64,000 nt of DNA. It comes from an uncultured Flavobacteriaceae bacterium. GTDB taxonomy: Bacteria > Bacteroidota > Bacteroidia > Flavobacteriales > Flavobacteriaceae. The stretch is taken from the NCBI GenBank assembly GCA_964389205.1, contig CAYMDH010000003.1, positions 55,702 to 119,701 on the forward strand, in the 5' to 3' direction. Shown piece after piece: positions 8,824 through 18,797 of this stretch. How positions within the stretch are numbered: the first letter of the stretch is position 1; every line of letters begins with the position of its first letter. The position numbers and the translations under genes were made by a program. Below the pieces are notes generated by a model. That model ran no database searches, had not been told where the DNA came from, and worked only from the letters and a program-made list of their open reading frames with translations.

Positions 8824-10758
8824 ATGAATTTAAATAATAAAATATTAAGTGCAGCGATACTAAATTTCTTCGTGTTTATTAGTGGATGGTCCCAAACCAC
8901 TAATGACCCTCTTTTGAAGTTTCAAGAAGCGAATTCAATCGATAAACGATTTGAAATTTTCTTCAATAATGACGATAAATACGCTGTAAAATCTGCTTAC
9001 AAATGGTTAGATAAAGTATCTGAATATGCCGCTATTGCAGATAAATCAAAAGATTCTATAAGTATATTCAAATACAGAACCATTTTATCTCAAATACATC
9101 TAGATTTAGGCGATTACAAGAAAAGTGCCTTATTAGCAGAAAAGCTTTATAAAAAAGAAAAAAAAATAGACCTACCTGTTCGAAAAGCACTGTTCAAAAT
9201 ATTGGATGAATCATATGCAGTGCTAGGATTGTTTGAAAAACAATTAGAAGTGCGAAAAGAAATGAAGAAAAGTGGAGAACAGATTAAATTATATGATATC
9301 TATTCTAATTTAGGATTGCATAGGCAAGCTATGATGGATTATATAATTGAAGTTGGATCTACCGTAGATAAAAATAACTATTTTAGTGTAGCTGAATATC
9401 AAAATAATTTAGCGACCTTTTTAAGAAAAGACGGATCGACATATTCTGCTAAGAAAAAAATTGATACTGCTTTAAGTTATATCGACTTATATCTAAAAGA
9501 AGTTAATTTTAAAGATGCTCCAGAGGCTTTTAGAGATGCTGTTTTCTTAAAAGGTCTTATACAAGGAAATTTAGGTAAATGTCATATAGTACAGGAAGAA
9601 TTTGAAAAAGCAATCCCTTTGTTAGAAGCAGGAGTTTCTTCTAGTAAAGATTATGATAAAGGTAAATTTTCTTCTAGCGTAATAGGCATGTGGATAGATT
9701 TGGCAGATTCGTATTTACAATTAAATAATTCTCGTATTGCAAAATCATATTTGGATAGTATTTCATTGGTTAATGAAAACACTTATGTAGTTAATTATAA
9801 TCGATTGTTAGCAGAATATTATTTACAACAAGGAGATACAGATTCTGCTTCTTATATATTTAAAGAATATATTAAATTAAAAGACTCTGTAGATACAAAT
9901 AATAGAAAGAAAGAGCTTTTAGGTCAATTAGTGAATTTTGATTTAGAGCATCAAAAAGGAATTATCCTAAAGCAACGATTAGATTTAGAAGAAACAAAAG
10001 AACAGGTATTGCAACGCGACAAAAAAATAAACTATAGTATTATAGCATTATTATTTACCCTTGTAGGATTGGGAGCTGTAGCATACGCTTATTTTAAAAG
10101 TGTCAAGAACAAAAAACTAATTGAAGATCAAAATAAAATTATAGAAGCTTCACTTGTAGAAAAAGACTCATTGTTGAAAGAGATTCACCATAGAGTGAAA
10201 AACAATTTACAAATGGTATCGAGTCTTCTAAGCATGCAAACTAAGAATACGCGTAGTCAAGAAGCAATAGACGCTTTAGAAGAAGGAAAGAGTCGAGTAA
10301 AAGCAATGGCGCTTATTCACCAAAAATTGTATCAAAACGAAGGACTTTCTGTGATCGAAATGCAAGGTTATATAGAGTCATTAGTGAATAGTATACAATC
10401 CGTTTATAAAAAAGGAGGCCACGATGTGAATATCAATATAGATGCAGAAGGAGCAGAGTTAGACATTGATAGAGCAATACCTATAGGATTAATCTTAAAT
10501 GAATTAGTATCGAATTCATTTAAATATGCTTTTCCAAACAAAGAAGAAGGACAAATTTATATCAATATAAGAAAAGACGGAGACCTAGGTTTCTTTGAAT
10601 ATACAGATGATGGCAAAGGACTTCCGGAAGATATAGAAGAGCAAAGCAGTACTTCTATGGGAATTAAGTTAATACAACGATTAGTGAATCAATTGCGTTC
10701 AAACCTTAATATAGATAAAGATGCAAAAGGCGCTCGATTCTGGTTTGACTTTAGCTAA
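8824..10758 (+). CDS. sensor histidine kinase: signal peptide, TPR-like periplasmic region, one TM helix, HisKA_2 + HATPase_c
   Basis: H-box EIHHRVKNNLQMVSSLL (HisKA_2 type). N-box LNELVSNSFKYAF and G-box DDGKGLP. TM helix INYSIIALLFTLVGLGAVAYAYF. Confidence 0.85.
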   Translation: MNLNNKILSAAILNFFVFISGWSQTTNDPLLKFQEANSIDKRFEIFFNNDDKYAVKSAYKWLDKVSEYAAIADKSKDSISIFKYRTILSQIHLDLGDYKKSALLAEKLYKKEKKIDLPVRKALFKILDESYAVLGLFEKQLEVRKEMKKSGEQIKLYDIYSNLGLHRQAMMDYIIEVGSTVDKNNYFSVAEYQNNLATFLRKDGSTYSAKKKIDTALSYIDLYLKEVNFKDAPEAFRDAVFLKGLIQGNLGKCHIVQEEFEKAIPLLEAGVSSSKDYDKGKFSSSVIGMWIDLADSYLQLNNSRIAKSYLDSISLVNENTYVVNYNRLLAEYYLQQGDTDSASYIFKEYIKLKDSVDTNNRKKELLGQLVNFDLEHQKGIILKQRLDLEETKEQVLQRDKKINYSIIALLFTLVGLGAVAYAYFKSVKNKKLIEDQNKIIEASLVEKDSLLKEIHHRVKNNLQMVSSLLSMQTKNTRSQEAIDALEEGKSRVKAMALIHQKLYQNEGLSVIEMQGYIESLVNSIQSVYKKGGHDVNINIDAEGAELDIDRAIPIGLILNELVSNSFKYAFPNKEEGQIYINIRKDGDLGFFEYTDDGKGLPEDIEEQSSTSMGIKLIQRLVNQLRSNLNIDKDAKGARFWFDFS

Positions 10759-10884
10759 ACTAACGCACCTTGCTTTTTAAAACAAGCTTGTGTAAGAGTT
10801 TTGGAAAAAAACGCTTTACGTATACTCCAAAAATTTCTTTTTTACCAATGTAAGCTTCTTGTTTTCTTTTTTCAATAGCTTATA

Positions 10885-11553
10885 TCATTTTTTTACAAAT
10901 TTAACGACTGTCAATCCGTTTTGTGTAGCAGTATCGTTTGCTTGTTGAGCAGTCTCGTTTGCAGTTAATGCATTAATAGCAATATTTGTTTGAACAAAAC
11001 CTGGACAAATCATTGTAATAAATACACCATCTTTTTCATGCTCCATCCTTAATACATCAAAAAAACCGTGTAATGCATGTTTAGCACCACAATAACCAGA
11101 CCTGTATGGAGAACCAAACTTTCCCATTAAACTACTAACAGTAACAAAATGCCCAAATTGATGTTTTACGAAATGTGGTAATAAAGCTTTGGATAGTGCT
11201 ACTGTACCTAAATAGTCAATTTCCATTATTTTTTTATCTACAGTAAAATCTGTTTCGGCAATTAATGATCGTTGACTGACACCTCCATTATTAATTAAAA
11301 CATCTATTTTGCCAAAAAAACTAAGCGCTTTTTCAACATACGTTTTCATTCTATCAAATGCTAATAAATCTAAAGTGAGTATTTCAATATTTTTTGGAAA
11401 AGCACATTTACTTTTAACGCGAATTAACTCTTTTTCTCGTCTTGAAGAAAGTATTAATTTACAATTTTTTTTAGAGAGTTCGTAGGCAAGAGTTTCTCCT
11501 ATACCACTAGAGGCTCCGGTAATCCATATAATTTTATGATCTATAGACTTCAA
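10885..11553 (-). CDS. SDR family oxidoreductase
   Basis: TGASSGIG cofactor motif, NNGG, and the YCGAKHA catalytic motif. The start is placed at the TTG at 11553 (LKSIDHKIIWITG), because the longer track ORF (to 11652) overlaps the menC start and adds a non-SDR leader. Confidence 0.8.
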   Translation of the reverse strand: MKSIDHKIIWITGASSGIGETLAYELSKKNCKLILSSRREKELIRVKSKCAFPKNIEILTLDLLAFDRMKTYVEKALSFFGKIDVLINNGGVSQRSLIAETDFTVDKKIMEIDYLGTVALSKALLPHFVKHQFGHFVTVSSLMGKFGSPYRSGYCGAKHALHGFFDVLRMEHEKDGVFITMICPGFVQTNIAINALTANETAQQANDTATQNGLTVVKFVKK

Positions 11554-11610
11554 TAGCTTAAATTGTTTTATTCGCAGTAATTTATAATTAAATTTGCTGT
11601 AATCAAAAAG

Positions 11611-12639
11611 ATGAAAGCTACTTATAAGAAATATACACTTCACTTTAAACAACCTAGCGGTACTTCTCGAGGGATTTTAAAAACTAAAGAAACTTGGTTT
11701 ATTAGTATAGAAAAAAATAATAAATTGGGTATTGGAGAATGCGGAATGTTTAAAGGATTAAGCATAGACGATGTACCAGATTATGAAAACAAACTACAAT
11801 GGGTATGTGATAATATTAAACTTGGTCTAGATAAATTGCACGAAGAATTGGAGAGATATCCTAGTATTCGATTTGGATTAGAACAAGCTTTTTTAATGTT
11901 GGATGTAATAAAACCCTTCGAATTATTCCCTTCAGATTTTACTAAAGGAAATAGAAATATTTATATAAATGGACTTATTTGGATGGGAAAAGAAGTTTTT
12001 ATGAAATCTCAGATTGAAAAAAAACTTGAAGAAGGATACAGGTGCATAAAAATGAAGATTGGAGCTATAGATTTTGATAGCGAAATAAAACTACTTAAAT
12101 CAATTCGAAAAGACTTTAATAATGATCAAATAGAGATACGTGTAGATGCTAATGGCGCTTTTCACCCAGATACTGCTTTAGAGAAGTTGAAAAGACTATC
12201 AGACCTTAACTTACACTCTATAGAACAACCTATCAAGCAAGGGCAAATAGATAAAATGGCAGCACTGTGTTTGACATCACCATTACCCATAGCATTGGAT
12301 GAAGAATTAATAGGGGTATTTAATGTAACAAAAAAGGTAGAGTTGCTACAAATCATTCAGCCACAATATATCATTTTAAAACCTAGTTTGATAGGGGGTT
12401 ACAAAGCTTCTGAAGAGTGGATAACTATTGCAGAGAAATATAATATAGGTTGGTGGATAACAAGTGCGCTAGAAAGTAATATAGGATTAAATGCCATAGC
12501 GCAATGGACTTATTTAAAACAAAATAAAATGCCTCAAGGTTTAGGTACAGGAGCGCTTTTTACAAATAATTTTAAAAGCCCTCTTAAAGTAGTTAATGGT
12601 AGTTTGACATATAACCCTTTAGAGAAAATAGAATTTTAA
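11611..12639 (+). CDS. menC: o-succinylbenzoate synthase (enolase superfamily)
   Basis: Enolase-superfamily barrel motifs (IKMKIG, RVDANGAF, IEQP, ALDEEL). It lies in the men cluster next to menE. Confidence 0.8.
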   Translation: MKATYKKYTLHFKQPSGTSRGILKTKETWFISIEKNNKLGIGECGMFKGLSIDDVPDYENKLQWVCDNIKLGLDKLHEELERYPSIRFGLEQAFLMLDVIKPFELFPSDFTKGNRNIYINGLIWMGKEVFMKSQIEKKLEEGYRCIKMKIGAIDFDSEIKLLKSIRKDFNNDQIEIRVDANGAFHPDTALEKLKRLSDLNLHSIEQPIKQGQIDKMAALCLTSPLPIALDEELIGVFNVTKKVELLQIIQPQYIILKPSLIGGYKASEEWITIAEKYNIGWWITSALESNIGLNAIAQWTYLKQNKMPQGLGTGALFTNNFKSPLKVVNGSLTYNPLEKIEF

Positions 12640-12656
12640 TATAAAAAAACGGAATA

Positions 12657-13556
12657 ATGTATATAGAACAGGGTTTTAAAGGTGAATTAGGAAAATGGAA
12701 ATATTTTATTTTTCCGATTTTCTTTTTTGGTTTAATCGTATTAAATTTTCTAGCTATCACATTGCTTGATCTAGATACTAATGAAATAATCCAACAAGAA
12801 ATAGAAAACAAAGGAGAAAATAGATTTTTAGTAGAGACTCTGATACCTTTTACAATAGGGTTAGGAATATTATTATTTTGGGTTAAGTATGTTCATAAAC
12901 AAACACTAGCGTCATTAACAACTGCTAGAAATAAAGTAAATTGGAAACGAGTTTTTTTTGCTTTTGGATTGTGGGGGCTTATTACAGCAGCAATGATTTT
13001 TATAGATTATTATATGGCTCCAGAAAAGTATTTATTAAATTTTGATTTACAATCATTTTTGATATTGGCAGTCATAGGAGTTCTTTTAATTCCTTTACAA
13101 ACAAGTTTTGAAGAATATCTTTTTAGAGGATATTTAATGCAGGGTATTGGGATATTAGTAAGAAATAGATGGTTTCCGTTACTACTTACTTCTTTAATTT
13201 TTGGATTGTTACATATTGCAAATCCTGAAGTAGAAAAAATAGGCTATATCATTATGGTGTATTATATAGGAACAGGCTTGTTTTTAGGGATCATTACCTT
13301 AATGGATGATGGGATAGAACTAGCGCTTGGATTTCATGCTGCCAATAATTTGGTTTCAGCACTTTTAGTAACAGCAGACTGGACTGCATTCCAAACTAAT
13401 TCTGTTTTTAAAGATATTTCAGAACCAATTGCAGGATGGGACATTATCATACCAGTGGTGATAGTATATCCAATATTGATTTTCATTTTTGCTAAGAAAT
13501 ATAAATGGTCTGGATGGAAAGATAAACTGTTTGGAAAAGTAAGCACTCCTGTTTAA
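12657..13556 (+). CDS. CPBP family intramembrane glutamic endopeptidase (CAAX/Abi-like)
   Basis: Polytopic membrane protein with the EEYLFRGYL and FGLLH motifs plus a HAANN-type third motif. Confidence 0.85.
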   Translation: MYIEQGFKGELGKWKYFIFPIFFFGLIVLNFLAITLLDLDTNEIIQQEIENKGENRFLVETLIPFTIGLGILLFWVKYVHKQTLASLTTARNKVNWKRVFFAFGLWGLITAAMIFIDYYMAPEKYLLNFDLQSFLILAVIGVLLIPLQTSFEEYLFRGYLMQGIGILVRNRWFPLLLTSLIFGLLHIANPEVEKIGYIIMVYYIGTGLFLGIITLMDDGIELALGFHAANNLVSALLVTADWTAFQTNSVFKDISEPIAGWDIIIPVVIVYPILIFIFAKKYKWSGWKDKLFGKVSTPV

Positions 13557-13558
13557 AT

Positions 13559-14629
13559 ATGGAACCAAATTTTAAAGATATTCATTTGAGCTTTCGGTTT
13601 AATGGATTGTATTTTAACAGATCTGCATTAAAAGAAGTTGCTTATAGCTTGGTTAAGGAAGGGGTACCTTTTGAACAATCTATAGGGGATTTTTTGATTG
13701 ACTGGCTAAACGATAAAGAATATGTAGAAGTAAAAACTTCAGGTACTACGGGAGCCCCTAAGCTCATTGAATTGCAAAAAAAACATATGGTTAACTCGGC
13801 AATTGCAACAGGAGCATTTTTTAACTTATCAGAAGGAGATACTGCTTTACATTGCCTTCCATCAGATTATATTGCTGGAAAAATGATGTTAGTAAGAGCG
13901 CTGGTACTAGGATTAAAAATAGTAACCATAGTTCCAGATTCAAATCCTTTAAGCATGATTACAGATCATTATGATTTTTGTGCAATGGTTCCTTTGCAAG
14001 TACAGAATTCATATGATAAACTAACAAAAATAAAAACACTCATTATAGGAGGAGCTCCAATATCTAGAGAACTTATTGAAAGCATAAATAAAACTTCTGT
14101 AAATGCATATGAAACCTATGGAATGACAGAAACTAGTACTCATATTGCAGCCAAAGACCTTACTAATATTAAAAATAACAAAGAAGCAAACACGTATTTT
14201 AATGCATTGCCTAATGTAACGTTTAGTTTAGATGAACGAGAATGCTTGTGTATTGATGCGCCACTTATATCAGATGTTTTAATCAAAACAAATGATATTG
14301 CTTGTCTTGTTTCTGAAAATTCATTCCAATGGTTAGGAAGGTATGATACCGTTATAAATTCAGGAGGAATCAAACTAATTCCTGAACAAATAGAAAAAAA
14401 ATTGTCAAGTATTATAAAAAATAGATTCTTTATTACAACCATTAAAGACAAAAAACTAGGAAACAAACTTGTTTTAGCTATTGAGGGAGAAGAGAAAAAC
14501 AAAGAAGAAATTATAAAAGCAATAAAAAAAGACACTACGTTTAGTAAATATGAAATTCCTAAGGAGATCTATTTCATAAGTCACTTTAAAGAAACCGATA
14601 ACGGAAAACTTATTAGAACATTAGTGTAA
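13559..14629 (+). CDS. menE: o-succinylbenzoate--CoA ligase (AMP-binding family)
   Basis: TSGTTGAPK P-loop, YETYGMTET, and a short (356 aa) MenE-like architecture. It starts 2 nt after the CPBP stop. Confidence 0.8.
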   Translation: MEPNFKDIHLSFRFNGLYFNRSALKEVAYSLVKEGVPFEQSIGDFLIDWLNDKEYVEVKTSGTTGAPKLIELQKKHMVNSAIATGAFFNLSEGDTALHCLPSDYIAGKMMLVRALVLGLKIVTIVPDSNPLSMITDHYDFCAMVPLQVQNSYDKLTKIKTLIIGGAPISRELIESINKTSVNAYETYGMTETSTHIAAKDLTNIKNNKEANTYFNALPNVTFSLDERECLCIDAPLISDVLIKTNDIACLVSENSFQWLGRYDTVINSGGIKLIPEQIEKKLSSIIKNRFFITTIKDKKLGNKLVLAIEGEEKNKEEIIKAIKKDTTFSKYEIPKEIYFISHFKETDNGKLIRTLV

Positions 14630-14755
14630 ATACAAATAATATAAAATTTTAAACTCAACCATACCTAGCTTTTACTTTCTATTTTGACCTCTTAACTCAT
14701 TCTTCATTTTTTTAAATATAGATTCCTTTTAGTTTTATTTCAAAATTAAAATAAG

Positions 14756-15172
14756 ATGAAAAAGATTGTAATGGGATTATTACTTATAAGCAGCTTTTGT
14801 TTACAAGCTCAAAAAGAGAAAAATGAGTTAGAGTCACAAGCTAAGGAACAGCAAAGTAAAGTTTCAAACGTTAAAAAAAGTAAAGTTAAAAAAGCGAGTA
14901 CTTTAAGAGTTTATACCATATTTGAGCATAAACAAAACTGGAATACTATTGAAGATATATTTGATGATTTAGCGGTCAAAGCAGGCATAAGAATCAATAG
15001 AGCCCAACCTTTTGGTCAAATAAATAGTAGATTAAATAGAAATGTAACTGTTATTGTAGACGGTGTTCAATATGACTTATCTATTCTAAACTCTCTTAAC
15101 CCTAAAGATATTGAAAAGATAGAAATACTTAGAGGTGCTATTTCTAATAATCAGGCTACTCTAAGAAACTAA
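14756..15172 (+). CDS. hypothetical secreted protein with a plug-like C-terminal motif
   Basis: Signal peptide. The C-terminus (VIVDGV...LNSLNPKDIEKIEILRGA) resembles the TonB-receptor plug signature. Confidence 0.45.
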   Translation: MKKIVMGLLLISSFCLQAQKEKNELESQAKEQQSKVSNVKKSKVKKASTLRVYTIFEHKQNWNTIEDIFDDLAVKAGIRINRAQPFGQINSRLNRNVTVIVDGVQYDLSILNSLNPKDIEKIEILRGAISNNQATLRN

Positions 15173-15190
15173 CTAATAAACCAACATCAT

Positions 15191-17326
15191 ATGAAAAAAG
15201 CAACACTAATCATTTTTACAATGCTATTAGGAATATCATTGTATGGGCAAAAACAAAAAATAACAGGAACTATCGTAGATGAAAGCAATCTTCCGCTTCC
15301 TGGAGTTAATATTGTAATTAAAGGTACTAAAAAAGGAACGCAATCAGATTTTGATGGCAATTATAATATAGAAGCATATCAAGGACAAACACTAGTTTAT
15401 ACTTATGTTGGATACAAAACAGCAGAAAAAGTAATAGGTACTTCATCTGTTATTAATATTCGACTAGAAACAGATGCTCAAGCATTAGATGAAGTTGTAG
15501 TAACAGCCCTTGGTATAAGGCGAGAAAGCCATTCAATTGGGTATGCAGTATCTTCAGTTAGAACGTCTAAACCTTCTGCATCAGCTATAAAACGAAGAAA
15601 ACAAAAAGCATATCACAACCAAATTGCACAAAAATTACAAGGAAAGGTAACAGGGGTAAAAATTACAAGTGCATCAGGAGCAGTGGGAGCTGCAGAAAAA
15701 ATTAAAATCCGTAATGCTAAGAAAGGTGAAAAAAATGTAGAACCTCTATATATTGTAGATGGAGTGCCTATTCAAAATCAATACAATTCAATAGTAAAAA
15801 ATATTGATAAAAATGAAATAGAACATATTAATAGATATGAAAAATCAAAAGCGAAGGCATTGTTTGGCACAAGCGCAAAAAATGGATGTATTGTTATTAA
15901 CACTAAAAAAGGGAATTATAGAATTAAAAACGAAGAATCTTATGCTCATTTTAATGAGAACCAATTTGAAAATGTAACATCTTCACCACTTTCAACATTT
16001 TCTATAGATGTAGATAAGGCTTCATACAGTAATGTAAGGCGTATGATTAATACAGGAGCTACCATTCCTGTAGATGCTGTTAAAATTGAAGAAATGATAA
16101 ATTATTTTAATTATACATATCCACAACCTAAAGATGAACATCCTTTTTCTATTAATTCTGAAGTAATAACAACTCCTTGGAATGTGGCAACAAAGCTTGT
16201 TAGAATAGGGTTACAGGGTAAGGCTTATAAAAATGAAGAGATTCCTCCGGCAAATCTAGTTTTCTTAATTGATGTATCAGGATCGATGTCTTCACAAAAT
16301 AAACTACCCTTACTTAAATCTGCATTTAAACTGCTAGTGAACCAATTAAGAAATAAAGACAAAGTATCTATTGTTGTTTATGCAGGTGCAGCAGGAATGG
16401 TTTTAAAACCAACATCAGGAGATAATAAAGAAACGATACTAACAGCAATAGATAATTTAGAAGCAGGAGGTTCAACTGCAGGAGGTGCAGGAATTAAACT
16501 AGCATATAAGATCGCAGAACAACATTTTAAGAAAAATGGAAATAACCGAGTGATTCTTGCTACAGATGGTGATTTTAATATTGGTGCTTCTAGTGATAAA
16601 GCAATGGAAACACTTATAGAAGAAAAAAGAAAATCGAATGTGTTTTTATCTGTTTTAGGTTTTGGAATGGGGAATTATAAAAATTCAAAATTAGAGATAC
16701 TTGCAGATAAAGGAAATGGCAATCATGCTTATATAGATACAAAACAAGAAGCTCAAAAAATATTTGGTGAAGAATTTGGAGGAACATTATATACGATTGC
16801 AAAAGATGTTAAAATTCAAGTAGAATTTAATCCTGTAAAAGTAAAAGGATATCGATTAATTGGGTATGAAAATAGGATATTGGCAGATGAAGATTTTATT
16901 GATGATACTAAAGATGCAGGAGAATTAGGAAGCGGTCATACCGTTACTGCATTATATGAAATAATACCTGTAGGAGTAGAGTCAAGTTTTTTAAAAAAAG
17001 TAGATGACCTGAAATACATAAATAAAATTGAGAACGATACATATTTAAATGAACTAGTAACTGTTAAATTTAGATATAAGAAACCATTAGCGACTACAAG
17101 TATCCAAATGATTCATACAATAGAAGATGAGGTTGTACAGGCTTCAGAAGATTTAAAATTTATATCAGCAGTAGCATTATTTGGTATGAAATTAAGAAAA
17201 TCACAATTTGACAATAATGCTTCTTTAGCTACAATACTTTCTTTAGCAGAAGAAGGAAGAAGAGAAGATAAAAATGGTTATAGAGCAGAGTTTATACGGT
17301 TAGCGAAATCGCTCTATAATTTATAA
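15191..17326 (+). CDS. von Willebrand factor type A domain protein (YfbK-like) with N-terminal CarboxypepD_reg and plug-like modules
   Basis: N-terminus has ITGTIVDE...PGVNIVIKGT and VVVTALGIRRE. The vWA MIDAS motif is FLIDVSGSMS...GGSTAGGAG...LATDGDFN. The C-terminal region is DUF3520-like. Confidence 0.8.
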   Translation: MKKATLIIFTMLLGISLYGQKQKITGTIVDESNLPLPGVNIVIKGTKKGTQSDFDGNYNIEAYQGQTLVYTYVGYKTAEKVIGTSSVINIRLETDAQALDEVVVTALGIRRESHSIGYAVSSVRTSKPSASAIKRRKQKAYHNQIAQKLQGKVTGVKITSASGAVGAAEKIKIRNAKKGEKNVEPLYIVDGVPIQNQYNSIVKNIDKNEIEHINRYEKSKAKALFGTSAKNGCIVINTKKGNYRIKNEESYAHFNENQFENVTSSPLSTFSIDVDKASYSNVRRMINTGATIPVDAVKIEEMINYFNYTYPQPKDEHPFSINSEVITTPWNVATKLVRIGLQGKAYKNEEIPPANLVFLIDVSGSMSSQNKLPLLKSAFKLLVNQLRNKDKVSIVVYAGAAGMVLKPTSGDNKETILTAIDNLEAGGSTAGGAGIKLAYKIAEQHFKKNGNNRVILATDGDFNIGASSDKAMETLIEEKRKSNVFLSVLGFGMGNYKNSKLEILADKGNGNHAYIDTKQEAQKIFGEEFGGTLYTIAKDVKIQVEFNPVKVKGYRLIGYENRILADEDFIDDTKDAGELGSGHTVTALYEIIPVGVESSFLKKVDDLKYINKIENDTYLNELVTVKFRYKKPLATTSIQMIHTIEDEVVQASEDLKFISAVALFGMKLRKSQFDNNASLATILSLAEEGRREDKNGYRAEFIRLAKSLYNL

Positions 17327-17373
17327 TGATGGTGTGTGAGGGTTAGGGGCTCTATATGAGGAAGGAAGGAAGA

Positions 17374-17405
17374 GTGCTTTTATAGCGCTCTTCTTGTTTT
17401 CAACT
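17374..17405 (+). terminator. rho-independent terminator
   Basis: GAAGAGTGC-ttttata-GCGCTCTTC followed by a T-rich tract. Confidence 0.65.
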
Positions 17406-17446
17406 AGTTATATTTTCATTATTTTAGGAGCGCAAATTATTTTATT

Positions 17447-18775
17447 ATGAAAAGAGTAATACTCCTAGTGCTGTTTGTAATCCCTGTGTTTAGTATAGGG
17501 CAACATATTCTTTCAGAAAGAGAAAGAGCAGAAGTAATAGATGAATTATTAGCTGATAGATTTGATAATTTACTCCCAAAACTAATGGATAAGAATGACA
17601 TTGATATGTGGGTGTTAATTTCTAGGGAATATAATGAAGATCCTGTATTAAAAACGATGCTACCTGCTACTTGGTTAAATGCCCGAAGAAGAACCATTTT
17701 AGTTTTTTATAGAGATAAAACCAAAAATACGATAGCTAAACTAGCTATTGCTAGGTATAATGTTGGGAAAAACATTATTTCTGCTTGGGATAAAGAAAAG
17801 GAACCCAATCAATGGAAACGATTAAATCAAATAATAGATCAATACAATCCTAAAAAGATTGCATTGAATTATTCAGAGCATTTTAATATAGCAGATGGAT
17901 TAGTGAAAACAGATTATGAAGCATTTTTAAAAAACATATCGAAAAAACATTTAAAGAAAGTTATTTCTGCAGAGCGGTTAGCTATCGCATGGATTGAAAC
18001 TAGAACAGAAAGAGAAATGATTATTTATAATCAATTGGTAGACATGACTCATGATATAATAGCCGAAGGGTTTTCAGAAAATGTAATTACTCCAGGAATT
18101 ACTACTACAACAGATGTAGAATGGTGGATGCGACAAAAAGTAACAAGCTTAGGTTTAGAAACTTGGTTTCATCCGTCTGTTGATGTCCAACGAAAAAAAG
18201 ACGATTTAGGAAATCATCTTTATGCATTTTCAAATAGGCCAGAAGATATGGTTATTTTACCAGGCGATCTTTTGCATTGTGATTTTGGGATTACGTATCT
18301 TAGGTTAAACACAGATTGTCAACAATTGGCATATGTATTGAGACCAGAAGAAAAAGAAGTTCCAATATTTTTAAAAGAAGCTTTAAAAGCAGGAAACAAA
18401 GTGCAAGATCATTTAACTAATAATTTTGTCACTGGAGCAAGCGGAAATGAAATTTTATTAAAATCATTAAGTGATGCTAAAACTAATGGATTTAAACCAG
18501 CTATTTATACACATCCTTTAGGAACCTATGGACACTCATCAGGACCAACTATTGGTATGTGGGATGCACAACAAGGTGTTCCTTTTACAGGAGATTATCC
18601 ACTATTCCCTAATACTGTATACGCTATAGAATTAAATACAACAGTTACGATTCCAGAATGGAATAGAAATATTAGAGTAATGCTAGAAGAAGCAGGCTTT
18701 TATAGCGAAAGTGGATTTCGATATGTAAACGGTAGACAAACAAAAATACTTAGCATCCCGAGAATTAATGAATAA
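17447..18775 (+). CDS. M24 family metallopeptidase (Xaa-Pro aminopeptidase-like), secreted
   Basis: Signal peptide plus the pita-bread fold metal ligand pattern (LHCDFG, HPLG..GH, IELN, MLEE). Confidence 0.75.
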   Translation: MKRVILLVLFVIPVFSIGQHILSERERAEVIDELLADRFDNLLPKLMDKNDIDMWVLISREYNEDPVLKTMLPATWLNARRRTILVFYRDKTKNTIAKLAIARYNVGKNIISAWDKEKEPNQWKRLNQIIDQYNPKKIALNYSEHFNIADGLVKTDYEAFLKNISKKHLKKVISAERLAIAWIETRTEREMIIYNQLVDMTHDIIAEGFSENVITPGITTTTDVEWWMRQKVTSLGLETWFHPSVDVQRKKDDLGNHLYAFSNRPEDMVILPGDLLHCDFGITYLRLNTDCQQLAYVLRPEEKEVPIFLKEALKAGNKVQDHLTNNFVTGASGNEILLKSLSDAKTNGFKPAIYTHPLGTYGHSSGPTIGMWDAQQGVPFTGDYPLFPNTVYAIELNTTVTIPEWNRNIRVMLEEAGFYSESGFRYVNGRQTKILSIPRINE

Positions 18776-18797
18776 AGTCTAGCTGACTAAAGTTTAA

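Noticed and set aside
10885-11652. The long 255-aa version of the SDR ORF, overlapping the menC start.
   Set aside because: The first 33 residues are not SDR-like and overlap menC on the other strand. A TTG at 11553, just before the TGASSGIG motif, gives a normal-length SDR. The true start remains uncertain.
14140-14535. A 131-aa antisense ORF within menE. Similar antisense ORFs occur at 5100..5297, 6275..6466, 12162..12356, 13334..13546, 16614..16802, 17437..17697, 21889..22128, 26757..27284, 27616..27849, 30028..30237, 31185..31412, 32749..32973, 38301..38552, 38738..38959, 40725..40988, 45286..45573, 46008..46259, 46899..47129, 47285..47590, 48804..49058, 50424..50621, 54880..55146, 55291..55479, 57464..57670 and 60407..60613.
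   Set aside because: These are shadow ORFs opposite or overlapping genes with clear family signatures. Their translations are low-complexity or hydrophobic with no motifs.
17327-17373. An unusually G-rich stretch (GGTGTGTGAGGGTTAGGGGCTC...GGAAGGAAGGAAG) after the vWA gene.
   Set aside because: It is too short (about 45 nt) and lacks a recognisable structure apart from the adjacent terminator. No basis for an RNA gene call.
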